The notes beneath the pieces are model-generated. The model saw only the letters and a program-made list of their open reading frames with translations. It was not told the origin of the DNA and ran no database searches. Below are positions 34,598 through 36,078 of a stretch of 36,078 nt of DNA, piece after piece. Within the stretch, counting starts at the first letter, position 1, and every line of letters starts with the position of its first letter. Both the position numbers and the translations under genes were made by a program. Source of the stretch: a virus (taxonomy: Duplodnaviria > Caudoviricetes). The DNA is taken from positions 1 to 36,078 of the IMG/VR virus record IMGVR_UViG_3300042507_004176. One strand, 5' to 3'.

Positions 34598-35098
34598 CTA
34601 CACCGGGCCCGTGTACGGCTCGTAAGGGCCCTGCGAACCGCTCGCCGCCAACGAGCGCAAGACTTCGCGGCGGGGCGTCGGCGTGTGCGAAAGGTGAATG
34701 AAGTTGCCCTTCCCGTAGACGATCGCTTGATCGGCCGGGAGGTTGCCTTCGCGGATCATGGCGGCAATCTTCCGAAACGCCTGCTCTACGGACATGCCGA
34801 GCGGGCGCACGTCGGCGGCTTCACCCGCCATGTGTTGAGAGTGCTTCGCGCCCTTGATCGCCGTGTTCAACGCCTTGGATCGAAAGCCGCTCGTCACCTT
34901 CAACGGCACGCCGAGCGCGGCGCGCACGGGTTCGAGCACGTTCACGGCGAGCAGCCGAAGCGCCTTCGTCTCGGCGTCGCCGGGCGCGTTGGGCATCGGT
35001 TCGGAGCGGTTGCCGTCGCCGTCGGCGTCGGCGTCGTCGGGGCGCGTCGTCACCGTGAGTTCGGCGCGCGTGAAATGATCCGAGATACGGTCGTTCAT
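34598..35098 (-). CDS. Endolysin, peptidase M15A family, 166 aa
   Basis: HFTRAEL, VLEPVR, TSGFRS..LN, SQHMAGEAAD, FIHLS (Zn ligands H-D-H). Confidence 0.9.
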   Translation of the reverse strand: MNDRISDHFTRAELTVTTRPDDADADGDGNRSEPMPNAPGDAETKALRLLAVNVLEPVRAALGVPLKVTSGFRSKALNTAIKGAKHSQHMAGEAADVRPLGMSVEQAFRKIAAMIREGNLPADQAIVYGKGNFIHLSHTPTPRREVLRSLAASGSQGPYEPYTGPV

Positions 35099-35415
35099 GG
35101 TGCGGCTCCTTGCTTGACCGGGGAAGACGTGAAGTTGAGCGCGCCCGAGTTGATCGCCACGTTGACGCCCGCCAAGGCGAGGATACCCGCGAGCATGATC
35201 ACGCCGAACGTGCGAAAGTCGCCGCGAAGCGAGCCGATCGCGTCTTTGAAGTCTTCGCGCGTCGCCGTCAAGGCCCGCTCGAAGCTCGCGGTTTGTTCGG
35301 CGCGCTCGCGACTCGAACGATCCATGTAGGCGAAGAAGACGCTCTCACCCGGCGCGGGCTTGGCGCGCTCTTGAATGTCGGCGGGCGCGGATTCGGCGGC
35401 TACGGCAACGGGCAT
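35095..35415 (-). CDS. Holin-like membrane protein (coiled coil plus one TM helix), 106 aa
   Basis: TM segment FGVIMLAGILALAGVNVAI; ATGA-coupled to endolysin. Confidence 0.55.
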   Translation of the reverse strand: MPVAVAAESAPADIQERAKPAPGESVFFAYMDRSSRERAEQTASFERALTATREDFKDAIGSLRGDFRTFGVIMLAGILALAGVNVAINSGALNFTSSPVKQGAAP

Positions 35416-35507
35416 GCGCGGCTCTCGTGTGGCGCGAGCAGATTACTACGGGATCGCGTTTGCGTCTACGCCCGAAGTAGGGTAGTAGCAGGCTTGGAGC
35501 TACGCCC

Positions 35508-35714
35508 ATGACGATCAACGATTCGCAACGCGCCGCCTTGAAGCAGATTCGAGACGCCGCGATCCCCGTGCGCTACCGAAGCGCCGCCAACCCCGCCGCC
35601 CCGCACCATAAGACGATCGAAGGGCTCCGCTCGCGCTTCTTGATCGAGCCGAAGGGCGACGGCTACGTGATCTCGAAGGCGGGGCTCGAAGCGCTCGCCA
35701 TCGCCAAGTCGTAG
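35508..35714 (+). CDS. Small winged-helix-like protein, 68 aa
   Basis: GGAG SD; INDSQRAALKQI...KTIEGLRSRFLIE...YVISKAGLEAL. Confidence 0.7.
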   Translation: MTINDSQRAALKQIRDAAIPVRYRSAANPAAPHHKTIEGLRSRFLIEPKGDGYVISKAGLEALAIAKS

Positions 35715-35966
35715 CTACTCCGAGCAGGCGTCGAACGCCGGGCCCGTCACGTCGGTATAGGCGCGGAGCGTGCCCGGCGCGTCACACGCGGGATCGGCGG
35801 CGACGGCTTCGGCCATGCACCCGAGCAGCGCGGGATCGGAGCCGTCGCCGGGCGCGCACTCGTAGGCGTCGCGCTCGAAGCCGCACGCTTCGAGTTCGGC
35901 TTGAAGCTCCGCGCACGGGTCTTCGACGGGCGGCGCGCACGCCAAGAGCGAGAGCAGGGCGATCAT
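35715..35966 (-). CDS. Cys-rich lipoprotein, 83 aa
   Basis: MIALLSLLAC lipobox plus six further Cys; ATGA-coupled to the origin-spanning gene. Confidence 0.75.
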   Translation of the reverse strand: MIALLSLLACAPPVEDPCAELQAELEACGFERDAYECAPGDGSDPALLGCMAEAVAADPACDAPGTLRAYTDVTGPAFDACSE

Positions 35967-35982
35967 TGCGGGTAGGCGTCTA

Positions 35983-36078
35983 CTTCGCGCCAATCGACTT
36001 CAACGTAGACGCGCGCCGTTCCGCCCGCGCCCATGGCTACGAGGTTGCGAACGATCAAGCCTTCGCCCGCCGCCAAGA
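35983..36078. repeat. Terminal direct repeat, right copy (circular overlap)
   Basis: Identical to 1-96. Confidence 0.97.

Noticed and set aside
35983-36078. Biological direct terminal repeat
   Set aside because: It falls inside a coding sequence, and an exact short overlap is what circular assembly produces; physical ends cannot be inferred
1-36078. Stop codon reassignment
   Set aside because: Genes are full length in code 11, TAG, TGA and TAA all end genes at tight junctions, and the tRNA is not a suppressor

Overview
The window is a complete, circularly closed, high-GC tailed dsDNA phage genome of siphovirus type. Bases 1-96 repeat exactly at 35983-36078, giving a 35,982 bp unit, and one gene reads across the join. 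The minus strand carries packaging, head, tail and lysis genes: TerS, TerL, portal, scaffold, major capsid, connectors, tail tube, tail chaperone with a -1 frameshift, tape measure, an Asp-box tail protein, a tail tip protein, a Cys-rich lipoprotein, a holin-like protein and an M15 endolysin. The plus strand carries replication genes: primase-VapE/VirE helicase, Cas4-like exonuclease, DPPW adenine methyltransferase, SF2 helicase, SSB-like protein, tRNA-Gln(UUG) and family A DNA polymerase; a RuvC-like resolvase lies just left of these on the minus strand. I recognise no integrase or CI-type repressor, so it is probably lytic. The lipoprotein style hints at a diderm, possibly Myxococcota, host. 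The most unusual items are: (1) a ~250 nt structured non-coding element at the strand switch, made of one long G-U-rich hairpin and two near-identical 46-nt hairpin units behind a perfect TATAAT; (2) a family of promoters sharing GTAACGCGCAT; (3) strong CTG/CAG and palindrome avoidance matched by a single CAA-reading tRNA; (4) a PolA lacking the conserved motif-B tyrosine; (5) in-frame internal start sites in the Cas4-like gene. All product calls come from motif recognition and gene order by eye, with no database searches.
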